Assembly (NCBI GenBank): GCA_030627005.1
Contig: DAOUSW010000005.1
Span: forward strand, 3,470 to 67,469
Source: Methanosarcinaceae archaeon
Lineage (GTDB): Archaea; Halobacteriota; Methanosarcinia; Methanosarcinales; Methanosarcinaceae
Length of the DNA stretch: 64,000 bases
Direction: 5' to 3'
The notes below the pieces were generated by a model. It did not search any database and was not told the DNA's origin. It saw only the letters and a program-made list of their open reading frames with translations. Both the position numbers and the translations under genes were made by a program. This document shows, one piece after another, positions 61,867 to 64,000 of the stretch; positions within the stretch are counted from its first letter, which is position 1, and every line of letters starts with the position of its first letter.

Positions 61867-62475
61867 TCAAAAACCGGGGCCTGAAGGGCCATTCAGGAGT
61901 GTTTTTGCCCGGAGGACCCTCTGGACTATGGTTATGTGGGAAAACACGGCTATAAGCACAATTGCCCAGCTCAGCAGTCCTGTCAGGGCTCCAAAGGCGA
62001 GGATGAGCATCCTTTCGGTGCGTTCGGCTACCCCCACACTGAGCTTCCGGCAGCCTGCGGATTCTGCCCTGGCGCGGGTGTAGCTTACCAGGAAAGAGCC
62101 TATCAGAGCAAAACCTGCCCAGAGCCAGCTTTCAATCCCCAGAATGGGAGGAAGCGCAAGTTTTCCATTTACAGCCCCGGCTATGATCCCGAGGAACATC
62201 AACCCGTCGGAGTAGCGGTCGCAAACCGAGTCAAGCACTCCTCCAAAGGGGGTGGTGATACCTTTTGCCCTTGCGACTCCCCCATCCAGGATGTCAAAGA
62301 CCCCGCTGAAGAGTATCAGGAGTCCTCCTTCAAAAGGCCTGCCAAGGGCAAATGCCGCCCCTGCGACCACGCTCACCGCAAACCCCAGCAGGGTCAGGGT
62401 GTTCGGGGAAAGGGGGATTAAACGGGCTAGAGGAGTTATCTTATCTCTTGCGCTGTTTTTCAGATCGTTGAATAT
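61867..62475 (-). CDS. CDP-alcohol phosphatidyltransferase (archaetidylinositol phosphate synthase-like), probable ATA start
   Basis: SPNTLTLLG upstream of the track start; DILDGGVARAKG...GGVLDSVCDRYSD signature. Confidence 0.88.
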   Translation of the reverse strand: MFNDLKNSARDKITPLARLIPLSPNTLTLLGFAVSVVAGAAFALGRPFEGGLLILFSGVFDILDGGVARAKGITTPFGGVLDSVCDRYSDGLMFLGIIAGAVNGKLALPPILGIESWLWAGFALIGSFLVSYTRARAESAGCRKLSVGVAERTERMLILAFGALTGLLSWAIVLIAVFSHITIVQRVLRAKTLLNGPSGPGF

Positions 62476-62787
62476 TTCTATCCCTTCCTTTTTCCTGGCT
62501 GGAATGATCCTTTATAGCAGTAGTCTGAATTTATGATATTTTGAGTCGTTGAAATAATAAGTTATCTTCTCTTAAATATGATAGCTCTGCTGAATCCGGT
62601 AACTTTGCTGAATCTAATAACTTTGCTGAATATGATAAGGTCTCTTCCATTGAATATTCTACTATTGGGCTTATCTTTTTTGGGAAGATGGAGGAAACAG
62701 CCGGGCTTTTAAATAGTGCCGGCGGGATTCCGATAAAGTTTTGATCTGGTTGCTTAATTTTTCTTCTGAATATGCGGAGATGAAAAA

Positions 62788-63936
62788 ATGGATCTTGTAG
62801 ACAATCACAGGGCAAAGTGCACACAGTGCGGGCAGTGCCTGGACGTATGCCCGCGTTACGATGACATCGATTTGCTTGAACGCTTATACGGATATCTGGG
62901 AGGGGACTCTGAAATTGATCCCGGATCCCTCCTTGGCTGCCTTACCTGCGGACTCTGCGGCGAGGCCTGTCCCGAGGACCTGGGAATCAAAATGCTGATT
63001 TCCCCTGCCCGGCAGAAGTGGGTGGATGAACACGGCCTTACGGACCGGCAGACATTGATGGACCCGGATGCTGATAACAACCTGGTGAAAAAGATTGCCG
63101 AAATGAGCGAGGTTCCCGAATTCCGGGGTGGGAAAGGGTCCGTTGTGTATTTCCCTGGTTGTGCCGGCGGTTACATCAACACCAATATGGCAAAAGCTGC
63201 CGTCGCCCTGTTTGAAAAAGCCGGAGTAGATTACACGGTCCTGAGTGGGGTGGAGTACTGCTGCGGGGCGGTTTCCGCAGGTGCGGGTAACCCGGGGCCT
63301 CTGCGCCGGAAGGGGCAGAAGAATATCGAGGAAGTCCGGAAAAGGGGAGGACAAATCCTGGTAACTGCCTGTCCCGGCTGTTTCAAGGCTTTCAAAGAAA
63401 TGTATCCCAGGATGTTTGGGGACCCGGGTTTTGAAGTCCTGCAGATTTCCCAGTACCTCGAACGCCTGGTCCGGGAAGGCAAACTCAAGCCCGAAAAGGT
63501 CCTCAAAAACAGGGTCTTTTATCACGACCCCTGCCACCTTACCCGGGGAATGGGCGTTTACCGGGAAGCCAGGGAACTGCTGGAATGTATTCCGGGAACG
63601 GTTCTCGCAAACAAAACTCCTGAAAATTCGGCATGCTGCGGGTTTGGCGGCGGGGTGCGGATCAACTATCCCTCCGAATCCATGGCCGTGGCCTCGGACC
63701 GTTACAGGGCTGCGGGGGAATTGGGCTGTGATCTAATCATAACCAACTGTGCCGGCTGCATGCAAAACCTCGTGGAAGCCGGAAAAGATGAGGATCTCAG
63801 GGTTTTTGATCTTGCCGAGTACCTTGCCCTAACTTTTGGAATTGAAATCGAACGTGATGATGAGGAAATGCTGGAAGTTGTCAACAGGGCTTACAGGCTC
63901 TGTGTTTCAGGTTACGGGGAAAATGATTCCCCATAA
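62788..63936 (+). CDS. Fe-S protein with two CCG domains (HdrD/GlcF-like)
   Basis: CTQCGQCLDVCP, CLTCGLCGEACP, YCCG, ACCG, HDPCH. Confidence 0.9.
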   Translation: MDLVDNHRAKCTQCGQCLDVCPRYDDIDLLERLYGYLGGDSEIDPGSLLGCLTCGLCGEACPEDLGIKMLISPARQKWVDEHGLTDRQTLMDPDADNNLVKKIAEMSEVPEFRGGKGSVVYFPGCAGGYINTNMAKAAVALFEKAGVDYTVLSGVEYCCGAVSAGAGNPGPLRRKGQKNIEEVRKRGGQILVTACPGCFKAFKEMYPRMFGDPGFEVLQISQYLERLVREGKLKPEKVLKNRVFYHDPCHLTRGMGVYREARELLECIPGTVLANKTPENSACCGFGGGVRINYPSESMAVASDRYRAAGELGCDLIITNCAGCMQNLVEAGKDEDLRVFDLAEYLALTFGIEIERDDEEMLEVVNRAYRLCVSGYGENDSP

Positions 63937-64000
63937 ATGATTTTTCCTGAAAAAGTACTCACAAGCAATTATCCATAAACTACATATTCGATCTCAAGTC

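Noticed and set aside
63937-63978. ATG right after the CCG-domain gene
   Set aside because: Closes after 13 codons

Overview
Methanosarcina-type chromosomal window (inferred from mtaCB plus Msr-type regulators, PGF-pre-PGF surface protein, archaeal tRNAs). Left part (1-22 kb): redox/repair housekeeping (two flavodoxin-fold proteins, two UDG-superfamily glycosylases, MsrB), the methanol methyltransferase operon mtaCB with two divergent ArsR-type regulators, an un-annotated ferredoxin with an ACG start, and a large secreted M4-like peptidase. Middle part (22-51 kb) is accessory. It holds SWIM and TPR genes, then a split type I restriction-modification locus: hsdR, PRC-barrel, a 9-unit structured ~67 bp array, PIN-GNAT-EVE, an ASCH domain fused in frame to HsdS, and hsdM. 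After that come two decayed islands bounded by 3' fragments of tRNA-Val(CAC). Right part (51-64 kb): prepilin peptidase, cbiE/cbiD, frameshifted mutL, mutS, tRNA-Pro, a CDP-alcohol phosphatidyltransferase and a CCG-domain Fe-S protein. A 161 bp TA-targeting MITE occurs four times. The best candidate for an undescribed system is the array + PIN-GNAT-EVE + ASCH-HsdS module inside the type I RM locus. Protein assignments come from motif recognition only; no searches were run.
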